From the IMG/VR virus record IMGVR_UViG_3300011013_003468, positions 1 to 57,401 of that record: a DNA stretch of 57,401 bases. One strand, given 5' to 3'. The position numbers were made by a program, and so were the translations under genes. Below, piece after piece: positions 8,828-17,981 of the stretch (position 1 is its first letter; each line of letters begins with the position of its first letter). Below the pieces are notes generated by a model that worked only from the letters and a program-made list of their open reading frames with translations, searched no databases and was not told where the DNA came from. The DNA comes from a virus. Its lineage: Duplodnaviria; Caudoviricetes.

Positions 8828-9913
8828 ATGGAAGAAAAAGTAAAAAAAATTTTAGATAATACCAAAAAAGGATTGTCTTTTGGCTTAAAAAATTTAAACA
8901 TTGCTACAGGTGGTATTCAAAGAGAAGCAATTTATACTATAGGTGCAGCACCAAAAGTAGGTAAAACAATGTTTGTAGATTATGCTTTTTTATTATCTCC
9001 TTATTTAAATGATTATTTAAAAGGAAGAAAAATTAAATGGATATATTTTTCTTTTGAAATCTCAAGAGTTAGAAAAATGTTTAGATTAGCTCCTTTTTTT
9101 TTCAAAACTGATTTTAATAAAGAAACATTTTTTCATAAAGGAAAAGAATATAAAATAAATTATATGTATCTAATTGGAAAAATGTTAGATGATGATGAAG
9201 AATTAATAAAAGTTAAAGAAGAAGATAAAAAAATTTTTGAAGAAATATATAAAAATAGACTATTTCCACTATTTGGTGGAATGATAAATGGAAAATTTAT
9301 AGAAGGAGCAGTAACTGTAATAGAAATGGCTGAAAATCCAACAGGTTTAAGAAATTATATTCTTAATTATGCTAAAGAAAATGGTAATTTTATTACTATG
9401 CCTTATACGACATTAGATAATTATGGAAAAAAAATAATTAAACAAAAGATAGTGGATTATAAGCCAAATGATGAAGAATTATATACTATTATTATTGTAG
9501 ATCATATAAGAAAATTAAAATCAGAAAAAAATTATAATATAAAACAAATTATAGACAAATGGTATCAATACCAAGTTGAATTAAGAAATTGGTGTGGATT
9601 TACTTTTGTAAATGTAGCACATTTAAATAGAGGTATTGATTCTATAGATAGAATGAGATTCAATAAAGATAAAATATATCCTGGTTTAAGTGATTTTAAA
9701 GATTCAGGAAATTCAGGAGAAGAATCTGATTATGTAATAACAGGTTTTAATCCTAATGAAGATAAATTTATGTTAAAAACTCATTTTGGACATTATTTAA
9801 CTAGTTTTCCTGGATATAGAAGCTGGCATTTAATTGCTAGTAGAGATACTAAACCAGCTCATTTTTTTACACAAATAAATGGAAACAACAATATAATAAA
9901 ACAAATAAATTAA
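8828..9913 (+). CDS. dnaB: DnaB-like replicative helicase
   Basis: Walker A GAAPKVGKT, YFSFEIS, IIVDHI, HLNR, DFKDSG; lacks the N-terminal domain. Confidence 0.85.
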   Translation: MEEKVKKILDNTKKGLSFGLKNLNIATGGIQREAIYTIGAAPKVGKTMFVDYAFLLSPYLNDYLKGRKIKWIYFSFEISRVRKMFRLAPFFFKTDFNKETFFHKGKEYKINYMYLIGKMLDDDEELIKVKEEDKKIFEEIYKNRLFPLFGGMINGKFIEGAVTVIEMAENPTGLRNYILNYAKENGNFITMPYTTLDNYGKKIIKQKIVDYKPNDEELYTIIIVDHIRKLKSEKNYNIKQIIDKWYQYQVELRNWCGFTFVNVAHLNRGIDSIDRMRFNKDKIYPGLSDFKDSGNSGEESDYVITGFNPNEDKFMLKTHFGHYLTSFPGYRSWHLIASRDTKPAHFFTQINGNNNIIKQIN

Positions 9914-9919
9914 AAAATT

Positions 9920-10618
9920 ATGGCAAATATAGCAATTGTAGGTAAATCAGGAACAGGTAAAAGTACTTCTTATGGTCAATTACCAGAAATAGGAATTAAA
10001 GGATTAAATCCAAAAGAAACTGTAATTATAAATGTAACAGGTAAAGAATTGCGATTTAGAAATTGGAGAGAATTTTATAAAGATAGTATATCAGAAAACG
10101 GTAATTATCTTGAAACTTCTGACGCTTCTATAATAATAAAAGCTATAAAATTTATATCTGATAAAAAAACAGATATAAAAAATATAGTTATTGATGATGC
10201 TCAATATATAATGGCTTTTGAATTTATGGCAAGAGCTAAAGAAAAAAGTTATGAAAAATATAATGATATTGGGAACAAAATGTATAAATTAACAGAAACA
10301 GCAAGGACAAGTAGAAGAGATTTAGATATTTATTTTTTATGGCATCCTGAATTAGATGGTAATTTAGAATATAAAATGAAAACTATTGGTAAAATGGTAG
10401 ATAATTATCTTACATTAGAAGGACTTTTTACTGTTATACTTTATACTAAAGTAATAAGAGATAGTGAAAAAGGAATAATATATCAATTTGTAACTAATAA
10501 TGATGGAGAATATCCTGCTAATACACCAGTAGGTATGTTTAAAGATTTATATATACCTAATGATTTAGGATATGTATCTGAAAAAATACATGAATATTAT
10601 AATATTAATCAAAATTAA
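9920..10618 (+). CDS. AAA-family P-loop ATPase (Sak4/AAA_24-like)
   Basis: GKSGTGKST, IVIDDAQY, KTIGKMVD, LEGLFTVILY. Confidence 0.8.
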   Translation: MANIAIVGKSGTGKSTSYGQLPEIGIKGLNPKETVIINVTGKELRFRNWREFYKDSISENGNYLETSDASIIIKAIKFISDKKTDIKNIVIDDAQYIMAFEFMARAKEKSYEKYNDIGNKMYKLTETARTSRRDLDIYFLWHPELDGNLEYKMKTIGKMVDNYLTLEGLFTVILYTKVIRDSEKGIIYQFVTNNDGEYPANTPVGMFKDLYIPNDLGYVSEKIHEYYNINQN

Positions 10619-10623
10619 AAAAA

Positions 10624-10836
10624 ATGAAAGAAAGAAAACAAATTAAAATTAGTGAAATCATTAAATTATTAGAAAATGGCTATACAAGAAAAAATATAGC
10701 TGAAAAATATGATTTAAAACCAATCGAATTAAAAAGATTATTTTCTCATCCTGAATTAAAGGGAAAAAGAACTAAACTACAATCATTTGATATTATCGAT
10801 GATACAATAAAGGACGATCAAAATATAAATTGGTAA
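10624..10836 (+). CDS. small helix-turn-helix protein
   Basis: LLENGYTRKNIAEKYDLKPIELKRLF has an HTH pattern. Confidence 0.6.
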   Translation: MKERKQIKISEIIKLLENGYTRKNIAEKYDLKPIELKRLFSHPELKGKRTKLQSFDIIDDTIKDDQNINW

Positions 10837-10867
10837 AATTTTTTATAAATAAAAAAAAATAATAATT

Positions 10868-11527
10868 ATGAAATACACAGGAGAAAAAGAAAATAAGCAT
10901 TCAAATTTAAAATTTGGATTAAATCAAGGTTTTTATTTAACCGAATTTAAAATAGTAGAAGAAAATAATTCTGCATATTTATTAATAGAATTAAAAAAAG
11001 GTGATATAAAAATCAATAAAAGATATTATACTATTAGTGATAATCTTGATGAAAAAACAAGAGAAAAAGAAGAATATTTAAGAGTCAGATTAATAATTAA
11101 ACTCTTGATTGAAATAACAAATAAAACAGAAGATGAATTGAAACAAATTTTTGCTAAGGATATTAGTGAAATTGATTTTATGAAATTAGCAACAAGTCTT
11201 GTTCCATCAAATATTAAAAATAAGAAATTTGATATCTTTTTACAATATCAATATAATATTAGAGATAATGTAGATAGAACTTTCTTAGAATTACCAAGAA
11301 ATGTTTCTCAAGGAATATTTTTAACAGAACATAGAGAAGGAGATTGGAAGGAAGTAAGAGATGAAGATGGATTACATTATGTTAATTCAAAAGGAGAAAA
11401 ACATCCTTTTAGTAGAAGTAAATGGTTCTTAGAACAAAACTGGAGCATTCAGCAAAAAAAAGATAATTCTAAAAAAGAAGATTATGATTTTCCAGATGAT
11501 GTTAAAGTAAATGATATGCCTTTTTAA
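10868..11527 (+). CDS. putative single-stranded DNA-binding protein
   Basis: Acidic tail ending DDVKVNDMPF, typical of SSBs; lies between the ATPase and primase. Confidence 0.6.
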   Translation: MKYTGEKENKHSNLKFGLNQGFYLTEFKIVEENNSAYLLIELKKGDIKINKRYYTISDNLDEKTREKEEYLRVRLIIKLLIEITNKTEDELKQIFAKDISEIDFMKLATSLVPSNIKNKKFDIFLQYQYNIRDNVDRTFLELPRNVSQGIFLTEHREGDWKEVRDEDGLHYVNSKGEKHPFSRSKWFLEQNWSIQQKKDNSKKEDYDFPDDVKVNDMPF

Positions 11528-11536
11528 AATAATGTT

Positions 11537-12490
11537 ATGAAATATTTAGATGAACCAAAGAAATTGATATTTGATAATCAAATATTATTATTTACATTAA
11601 TCTATCAAATACCAGAACCAAGAAAGAAATATCTTTCACCTTTTAGAATAGATAAAACACCAGGTTGTTATTTTTGGCTTGCTGACAATAATAAATTATT
11701 TTTCGTAGATTATGGAGATATCAAAATAAGAAGAGATATTATTAGTTTTACTAAAGATTTATATAAGTTTAATTATAATCAAGCAATAAATTATTTAATA
11801 TCTTTAATTAAAGATAAAAATAATTTAATTTTAAAAAATAAAATTACAAAATATAAATTTTTAAAAAAAACTAATAATAAAACTGATATAGAAATAAAAT
11901 CTAGATATTTCACAAAAAAAGATGTTGAATATTGGAAACAATATTCAATATCTTTATATGATTTAATAGATAATCATAAAAATTATAAAATTATTCCAAT
12001 TGAACATTATAAAATTAATAATAAAATAAAGATCATTCCAGATAATATTTCTTATGCTTATATTTTTGATAATAAAAAAAAAATTTATACACCATATAGC
12101 GAAAATAGGAAATGGATATCAAGTGTGACTAAAGATTTAATTGGTAAAACAAATAAAAGATTTGATAATCTTGTAATTACAAAATCTGTTAAAGATGCAA
12201 TTTTATTAAATAAATTAAATTATGATTATCTTATTTTTCAATCAGAATCATCTTTTCCTAATAAAAAAATTATTAAAAAAAATATTCAAAAATATAAAAA
12301 CATTTATATAAATTTTGATAATGATCAAACAGGTCGTAGATATTCAATGATTCTTTATTATATATTAAAATATGAATTTGGTATAAATGCAAAACAAATA
12401 TTTACAAAAAAAGAAAAAGACAATTCTGATTTTACCAAAAAATACGGTTTAAATTCTTTAAACAATATTTATAAATCAATTATTTATTAA
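11537..12490 (+). CDS. DNA primase (Toprim, crAss-like type)
   Basis: SPFRIDKTPGC degenerate Zn-binding domain; VITKSVKDA and INFDNDQTG Toprim motifs; KDNSDF. Confidence 0.85.
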   Translation: MKYLDEPKKLIFDNQILLFTLIYQIPEPRKKYLSPFRIDKTPGCYFWLADNNKLFFVDYGDIKIRRDIISFTKDLYKFNYNQAINYLISLIKDKNNLILKNKITKYKFLKKTNNKTDIEIKSRYFTKKDVEYWKQYSISLYDLIDNHKNYKIIPIEHYKINNKIKIIPDNISYAYIFDNKKKIYTPYSENRKWISSVTKDLIGKTNKRFDNLVITKSVKDAILLNKLNYDYLIFQSESSFPNKKIIKKNIQKYKNIYINFDNDQTGRRYSMILYYILKYEFGINAKQIFTKKEKDNSDFTKKYGLNSLNNIYKSIIY

Positions 12491-12512
12491 ACAAATTTAA
12501 AAACAGAAAATT

Positions 12513-12737
12513 ATGAGAAAAATACAAGTTTATTTAAATTCATTAGATGAAATTGAATTTGAAGATAATACCACATGGGGTGAATTAAAAAAATATTTAG
12601 TTTATAATAAAAATTATCCATCAGCTGTAAAAGCATTAGATGATAATAGTAATATTTATTCTAATGATGCTGATAAATTACCTGATGGTAATTTGAGTTT
12701 AACATTAATTATTGAAAAAACTAATTATGGTATATAA
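12513..12737 (+). CDS. ubiquitin-like (beta-grasp) protein
   Basis: 74 aa; strand-strand-TTWGELKKYL helix ... D-x-x-LPDG-terminal strand; ends TNYG-I; first gene of an E2/JAB/E1 cluster. Confidence 0.72.
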   Translation: MRKIQVYLNSLDEIEFEDNTTWGELKKYLVYNKNYPSAVKALDDNSNIYSNDADKLPDGNLSLTLIIEKTNYGI

Positions 12738-12761
12738 TTAAATTTTAAATAAAATAATAAG

Positions 12762-12796
12762 AAAGAAGTAAATTTATAATTTACTTCTTTTTTTTT
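12762..12796 (+). terminator. intrinsic terminator/attenuator between Ubl and E2 genes
   Basis: AAAGAAGTAAATT-TAT-AATTTACTTCTTT followed by TTTTTT. Confidence 0.7.
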
Positions 12797-12807
12797 AAAA
12801 TAAAGTT

Positions 12808-13881
12808 ATGAAAACATTAAAAAAAATATTAATAGATAATATAGAAAAAGAATTAAATTTAATTAAAATAGAATACGAAATAAAAGAAAAAGAAAATGGT
12901 AATATAAATGTATTATTATATTATCCTGAAGTAAATTTAAATTTAAATTTAACAAAAAATGATAAAATAATTAAAAATGTTTATAAAATTATTGATTTAT
13001 TTATTTTAATTGAATTTAATTTAAAAAATCCTAACATTTTTATTTCAGGTACAAGAACTACATTTAAAAAAAAAGAATTAGCAGTAGGATTTATTCATCC
13101 ACATCTTCCAAAATTTAGTAATTTAAATACTTATAATTCTTCTAATTCTCCTAATAATTTAAATTATTTTTGCTTAGGTAATAGTGATTTAAGAGATGAT
13201 ATTTATAAATTAACTAAAATAATTACTTCATATTTTGAAGATGCATTAGTAAATACTTATTTAATTGAATTAAAATTTTTATTAAAAAAATTTTTTTATG
13301 ATGTAAATAGTTTAGCTCATACAGAATCTGTATCAGGTATTCCTTATATTAGTTATACACAAGTATTATCAAATAATTTGATATCTATAAATGATTTTTC
13401 ATTTGTATTAAATAAAAGTAATTCATTAAGTATACTTATTGAAGAAATATTAAATTATATTATTAATAATAATTTGATAGATAAAGTAATAATAAAAGAT
13501 GGTTTTATATATGATATAAAATTAAATTTAACTAAAAAAGATGTAGATAATATTTTAAATAAAGTAGATTTATCTATTTATAATACTATTTTATTAAATA
13601 ATATTATAGTTTTTAATATCGATGAGGATTATGATAATACTTATATTTATAATGGAAGAGATAATTATAATTTAAGTATAATAACAAAAAATTTAAAAAA
13701 TGGACTATATTATATAAATTTTAAAGATAAAATATATGAGTTTAAAATTATAGAAGATGTAGATGAAAAAGAAAATCATTTGATAGAATATAATTTACAT
13801 CCAAAATTAAAACAAATAATTATAAATACAATAAATAACAATTTAAAAGAACAAATGTTAAAAAACCAATTAAAAAATTAA
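12808..13881 (+). CDS. prokaryotic E2-like ubiquitin-conjugating protein
   Basis: FIHPHL (H97) followed by YFCLG (C122, the only Cys seen); long C-terminal extension; operon context. Confidence 0.68.
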   Translation: MKTLKKILIDNIEKELNLIKIEYEIKEKENGNINVLLYYPEVNLNLNLTKNDKIIKNVYKIIDLFILIEFNLKNPNIFISGTRTTFKKKELAVGFIHPHLPKFSNLNTYNSSNSPNNLNYFCLGNSDLRDDIYKLTKIITSYFEDALVNTYLIELKFLLKKFFYDVNSLAHTESVSGIPYISYTQVLSNNLISINDFSFVLNKSNSLSILIEEILNYIINNNLIDKVIIKDGFIYDIKLNLTKKDVDNILNKVDLSIYNTILLNNIIVFNIDEDYDNTYIYNGRDNYNLSIITKNLKNGLYYINFKDKIYEFKIIEDVDEKENHLIEYNLHPKLKQIIINTINNNLKEQMLKNQLKN

Positions 13882-13885
13882 AATT

Positions 13886-14704
13886 ATGAAATGTATAATT
13901 AAAAAAGAAATTCACGATCAAATACAATATGTTTGTCAAAAACATCCAAAAATAGAATGGGCAGGCATATTTTTTTATAAAATTAATAAAGATAAAATTG
14001 AAATTTTAAAATTTATGCCTCAAATATATGGAAATTTTGGAAGTGTATCTACTAATGAAAAAATAGAATTAAAAACAGTTAAATTTAGAAATAAAAATTT
14101 TAAAAAAGAAGAATTAAAAAATATATATACAGGTAGAATACATTCACATAACAATATGAATGTATTTTTTAGTAATACTGATAAAGATCATTTAAATCAA
14201 TTAGTAAGTGTTAATCAACCAATATTTTCTATTGTTACTAATAATAATAGTGAATATCTTGGTTATTTAGCTTATTACGTAACACCATTTTATAATATTA
14301 AAAAATTAATTATTGAAGAAATAATTCCAGAAATAGAAAATAATATAAAGGTATCTGATGAATTTAAAAAATTGGTAGATGATATGGATATTAAAAAATC
14401 TAATAATTATAGTAAAATTAATTTTAATATAAAAACACCAGAATCAAAACGTTTTGAAAATTATGAATATTATAATTATTTTGATGATAATTTTAATCAT
14501 GAAGAATTTACTGATGAAGATGATATACTTATAGAATTATATGATGATTATATTGATTTTTTAAATGATCGATTTCAACAAATTGAAATTGATTATAATA
14601 ATTTTAAATATTTTCATACACCAAAAATTTTAAATGAATTTTTAAAAGAAAACAACAAATTAAAATTAAAAGATAAATTTTATAAACTTATAAATTCAAT
14701 ATAA
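13886..14704 (+). CDS. JAB/JAMM (MPN+) metallopeptidase, deubiquitinase-like
   Basis: E24 in IEWAG and H86-S-H88-x7-S96-x2-D99 (IHSHNNMNVFFSNTD). Confidence 0.9.
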   Translation: MKCIIKKEIHDQIQYVCQKHPKIEWAGIFFYKINKDKIEILKFMPQIYGNFGSVSTNEKIELKTVKFRNKNFKKEELKNIYTGRIHSHNNMNVFFSNTDKDHLNQLVSVNQPIFSIVTNNNSEYLGYLAYYVTPFYNIKKLIIEEIIPEIENNIKVSDEFKKLVDDMDIKKSNNYSKINFNIKTPESKRFENYEYYNYFDDNFNHEEFTDEDDILIELYDDYIDFLNDRFQQIEIDYNNFKYFHTPKILNEFLKENNKLKLKDKFYKLINSI

Positions 14705-15411
14705 TGAAAACAAAAGATAGATTTAAAGGATTTGATTGGATGAAACCCATATTAAATAATGAAGCACCAATAATAGAAATAATAGGTTGTGGTGGTATAG
14801 GTAGTAATCTTGCTTATTTATTAGGAAGAATTGGATATAAATTAGAAATATCTGATTTTGATATTGTTGAACCACATAATCTTGGTGGTCAATTTTTTGC
14901 TAATAATCAAATAAATATAAAAAAAGTAGATGCTATTAGAGGTGTTTTGAAAGCATTTACTTCTGATTCAGATTATAATAAATATAGAGATGAAAGAAAA
15001 AACAAAATATCAAGACGTTATACTGTAATGGCAGTTGATAATCAATCAACAAGAAATAATTTATTTAATCATTGGAAAGAGAGTTTACTTAATGATCCTG
15101 ATAATAAAGATAATACATTTCTTATAGATGCTTCTTTAACAGGTGAAACCTATCATTTATATTATTTAGATAAAAGAACATCTGAAGAATATATTCTTAA
15201 ATATAAAGAATATTTAGATAAAATTATAAAAAATGAAATTGGTTGTACAGTAAAACAAACAAGTCATATTGCAATGAGATTAGCTGCTGATATTACTGTT
15301 TTGATTAATAATTATTTTAGTAATAAAATTAATAAAAAAGATTTTAGAAAATTATATTTTCATAAATCTTTTAATGCAGTATTAAATAAAGACGAAATAG
15401 AATATTATTAA
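14704..15411 (+). CDS. E1/ThiF-family adenylyltransferase
   Basis: IIGCGGIGS, DFDIVEPHNLGGQ, KKVDA, AVDN, candidate catalytic C181 (IGCTVKQ); TAATG overlap with JAB. Confidence 0.92.
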   Translation: MKTKDRFKGFDWMKPILNNEAPIIEIIGCGGIGSNLAYLLGRIGYKLEISDFDIVEPHNLGGQFFANNQINIKKVDAIRGVLKAFTSDSDYNKYRDERKNKISRRYTVMAVDNQSTRNNLFNHWKESLLNDPDNKDNTFLIDASLTGETYHLYYLDKRTSEEYILKYKEYLDKIIKNEIGCTVKQTSHIAMRLAADITVLINNYFSNKINKKDFRKLYFHKSFNAVLNKDEIEYY

Positions 15412-15427
15412 TATAAAACAATTAATT

Positions 15428-15991
15428 ATGAAATTTAATGAAGAATACGTACATCACGATTTAGATTTTTTTTATTTTAATATTAAAATACCATTATTGT
15501 TTTTAAACAGAAATAATGAAGATAATTCTAATGATATTAATGATATTTTAAAAGAGAAAAATATTTATTATTTACCTAATTTTGAAAAAGAATTTGATAT
15601 TTTTACAAACCCTGATGAACTTGACGTAAATGATGTATTTGTTAATATTAACGAAGTTTATAAATTAAATTATCAAGGTATAACACATTATGCTTATAAA
15701 GGTTTATTTTTTAATGGTTTGTTTGATATTGAAAATACAATTTTTGCTTATATTATAACAGATAATTATCTTGATTATTTAATAATTGATAGACAATTTT
15801 ATAATAAACATAAGAGAGCTATGAATTTTTTATCATCAAAATTAGATTTACCAAGAAATCCATTATTATTAATTGATAATTTATCGAGTTTAATACAAAA
15901 AGTTAATTTAAAATCAACAGAACAGAATATTAATTATATTAAAGATAATCTTAAAATAACTGATGATAAAATAAATTATAATTTATTATGA
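15428..15991 (+). CDS. hypothetical protein downstream of E1
   Basis: 187-aa ORF starting 16 nt after E1; no motif recognised. Confidence 0.65.
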   Translation: MKFNEEYVHHDLDFFYFNIKIPLLFLNRNNEDNSNDINDILKEKNIYYLPNFEKEFDIFTNPDELDVNDVFVNINEVYKLNYQGITHYAYKGLFFNGLFDIENTIFAYIITDNYLDYLIIDRQFYNKHKRAMNFLSSKLDLPRNPLLLIDNLSSLIQKVNLKSTEQNINYIKDNLKITDDKINYNLL

Positions 15992-16551
15992 AAAATATTA
16001 AAAAGAAAAAAGTAATAAACAACAAAACATTTATGTTTTTAGTCCCAATTCTTCGATATTATGGAGATAATTTTATAAATTATATTAATAATATTGATAG
16101 AGTTGCATTTGGAATATCACAAAAAGGAATTGATTATAAAAATGATAGACCAATATTTATTTTAATAAATTCATCTTTTAATACAAAATTTTTTAATGAA
16201 TTTTTGCAATGGATTAGAACAAAATCTTTTTATATTACAGATTATATTTTTGGTAATGCTAATAATAGTGATTATCACATGATAGTCATTAAAACACCAG
16301 ATGTATTTAAAGACGCTTATGATAATTTTATTATTGGTAAATATTCTAAGATGTTTGATGAAAAAGATATAAATACTTATTTTAAATCAAATGTATCTAA
16401 AAAGATTTTAAAAAAATCTAAAGGTGAATATTTATTAGTAAAAGAAATAAAAGATGAATTTGATGTTGAAATAAATATTAAAGATGTTATTGAAAATCCT
16501 GATAAATATGAATTTTCTTTGCCACCATTAAAAAAAAACGAGGAATTTTAA
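15988..16551 (+). CDS. hypothetical phage protein
   Basis: 187-aa ORF with ATGA overlap; NKTFMFLVP and FIIGKYSKM look like a conserved phage family, but I cannot name it. Confidence 0.65.
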   Translation: MKNIKKKKVINNKTFMFLVPILRYYGDNFINYINNIDRVAFGISQKGIDYKNDRPIFILINSSFNTKFFNEFLQWIRTKSFYITDYIFGNANNSDYHMIVIKTPDVFKDAYDNFIIGKYSKMFDEKDINTYFKSNVSKKILKKSKGEYLLVKEIKDEFDVEINIKDVIENPDKYEFSLPPLKKNEEF

Positions 16552-16560
16552 ATAATTTTA

Positions 16561-16588
16561 TTTAAATTTGTAGAAAATAAAAATTATG
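16561..16588 (+). promoter_or_regulatory. TAAATTTG (-7-like) promoter element and leader
   Basis: TAnnTTTG 15 nt before the ATG at 16586; 25/28 identical to the leader of the 4071-aa gene. Confidence 0.6.
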
Positions 16589-17167
16589 GCAAATTATTTA
16601 ATAATTACTCAAAAGAAATTACCTGTTCCAGGTGATATTGTAGAGCATATTAATTTATATACAGGAAATGAAACAATTTTAAAATATTCTTCTTTTCCTG
16701 AAGCTCAAAGAGCTGTTGGTAGAATTATATCTTTTTTATATGATAATAATTATTATGATATATATGTAGCTATTATTACTTATGACAATTGTAATTGTTG
16801 TAGAAAAATAGTAGATGTATTATTTTTAAAAAAAGTTATAGAAGAAAATATAAATTGTACAACACTAATATCACCTGAAGATATTAATGATATAACTTGG
16901 AATTTGCAAGGTGGTGAGTCTGATAATATTACAATAACTAATTATATTCCAAATGAAGATTGGACAAGTATAATAATTACTAGACAACCTGAATATGGTG
17001 AGTTATCACAATCAGGTTTTCAGTTATTTTATACTGCTATTAATACAAATTTACAATTATCAGATATAATAGAATATAAAATTGTATCAGTAATAACTGG
17101 TTGTAGTAAAACAGGTAAAATAATGATAAGAATTAATTCTAATATAATTCCTAATCCAAATTCATAA
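16586..17167 (+). CDS. putative virion/decoration protein with Ig-like (Big_9/cadherin-like) domain
   Basis: IITRQPEYGELS...LFYTA...SDIIEYKI Ig-like pattern; CNCC cluster. Confidence 0.55.
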   Translation: MANYLIITQKKLPVPGDIVEHINLYTGNETILKYSSFPEAQRAVGRIISFLYDNNYYDIYVAIITYDNCNCCRKIVDVLFLKKVIEENINCTTLISPEDINDITWNLQGGESDNITITNYIPNEDWTSIIITRQPEYGELSQSGFQLFYTAINTNLQLSDIIEYKIVSVITGCSKTGKIMIRINSNIIPNPNS

Positions 17168-17177
17168 ATATAATATT

Positions 17178-17606
17178 ATGAGAATAAAAATAATAAATAA
17201 ACACAATGTATCTATACCTAAATATGCTACAAAAGATAGCGTAGGAGTTGATTTACATGCTAATTTAAAAAAAGATATAGTATTAAATCCAAATGAAAGA
17301 ATTTTAATATCTACTGGAATTTATATTAAATTGCCAAAAAATGTAGAAGCTCAAATAAGACCACGTAGTGGTTTAACTTTAAAACATGGTATAGCAGTAT
17401 TAAATTCACCAGGTACTATAGATTCTGATTATGTAGATGAAATAGGTGTAATACTTATTAATCTGTCAGCAAAATCATATACTATTAAAAATGGTGATAG
17501 AATTGCACAAATGGTTTTTAATAAAATTAAAAAAATAAAATTTAAAAAAGTATATAAATTAAAAAAAACAAGTAGGATAGGTGGTTTTGGCTCGACTGGC
17601 AAATAG
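17178..17606 (+). CDS. dut: trimeric dUTPase
   Basis: All five motifs present: GVDL, RSG, GTIDSDY, GDRIAQ, RIGGFGSTG. Confidence 0.97.
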   Translation: MRIKIINKHNVSIPKYATKDSVGVDLHANLKKDIVLNPNERILISTGIYIKLPKNVEAQIRPRSGLTLKHGIAVLNSPGTIDSDYVDEIGVILINLSAKSYTIKNGDRIAQMVFNKIKKIKFKKVYKLKKTSRIGGFGSTGK

Positions 17607-17637
17607 AGTAATAATTTTTTTTTGGTTAATACTTTTC

Positions 17638-17665
17638 CCCCTCTTATTTCAAGAGGGGTTTTTTT
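17638..17665 (+). terminator. intrinsic terminator
   Basis: CCCCTCTT-ATTTC-AAGAGGGG followed by TTTTTTT. Confidence 0.85.
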
Positions 17666-17692
17666 AACATTAATAAATAAAAACAAATTATT

Positions 17693-17980
17693 ATGAGAAA
17701 TTATGGTAGATTAGATCCACAAAATTGGAAAAATAAAAAAATATCAGTCTTAATAAAATTAAATAATAAATATTCTGAAAAAAATATTTATGATAATATT
17801 TCATTATATGATATTAAAATTATAAAAAAAAAAGATCATCAAATAGTTAAAGCTTATTATGATTATGAATATTATGATTATGGATTATATGATACATTTA
17901 ATGATAATGAAATTATAGAAGAAATTAAGCCATTGATAAATGAAAATATTATATATGATATGTTAAAAATAAATTGGTAA
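17693..17980 (+). CDS. hypothetical protein
   Basis: 95-aa ORF with ttATG leader. Confidence 0.6.
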   Translation: MRNYGRLDPQNWKNKKISVLIKLNNKYSEKNIYDNISLYDIKIIKKKDHQIVKAYYDYEYYDYGLYDTFNDNEIIEEIKPLINENIIYDMLKINW

Positions 17981-17981
17981 A

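Noticed and set aside
12492-12499. Antisense TAAATTTG element at the primase 3' end
   Set aside because: It has no downstream gene on that strand, and an AT-rich 8-mer is expected by chance here.
14704-15411. ThiF/MoeB role in thiamine or molybdopterin synthesis
   Set aside because: No thiG, moaE, cysteine desulfurase or rhodanese nearby and no CxxC Zn pairs; the neighbouring E2-like and JAB genes favour protein conjugation.
269-17686. Minus-strand ORFs 269..583, 3254..3481, 6707..6889 and 17429..17686
   Set aside because: Antisense shadows of well-supported plus-strand genes; F/I/L/S-rich with no motifs.
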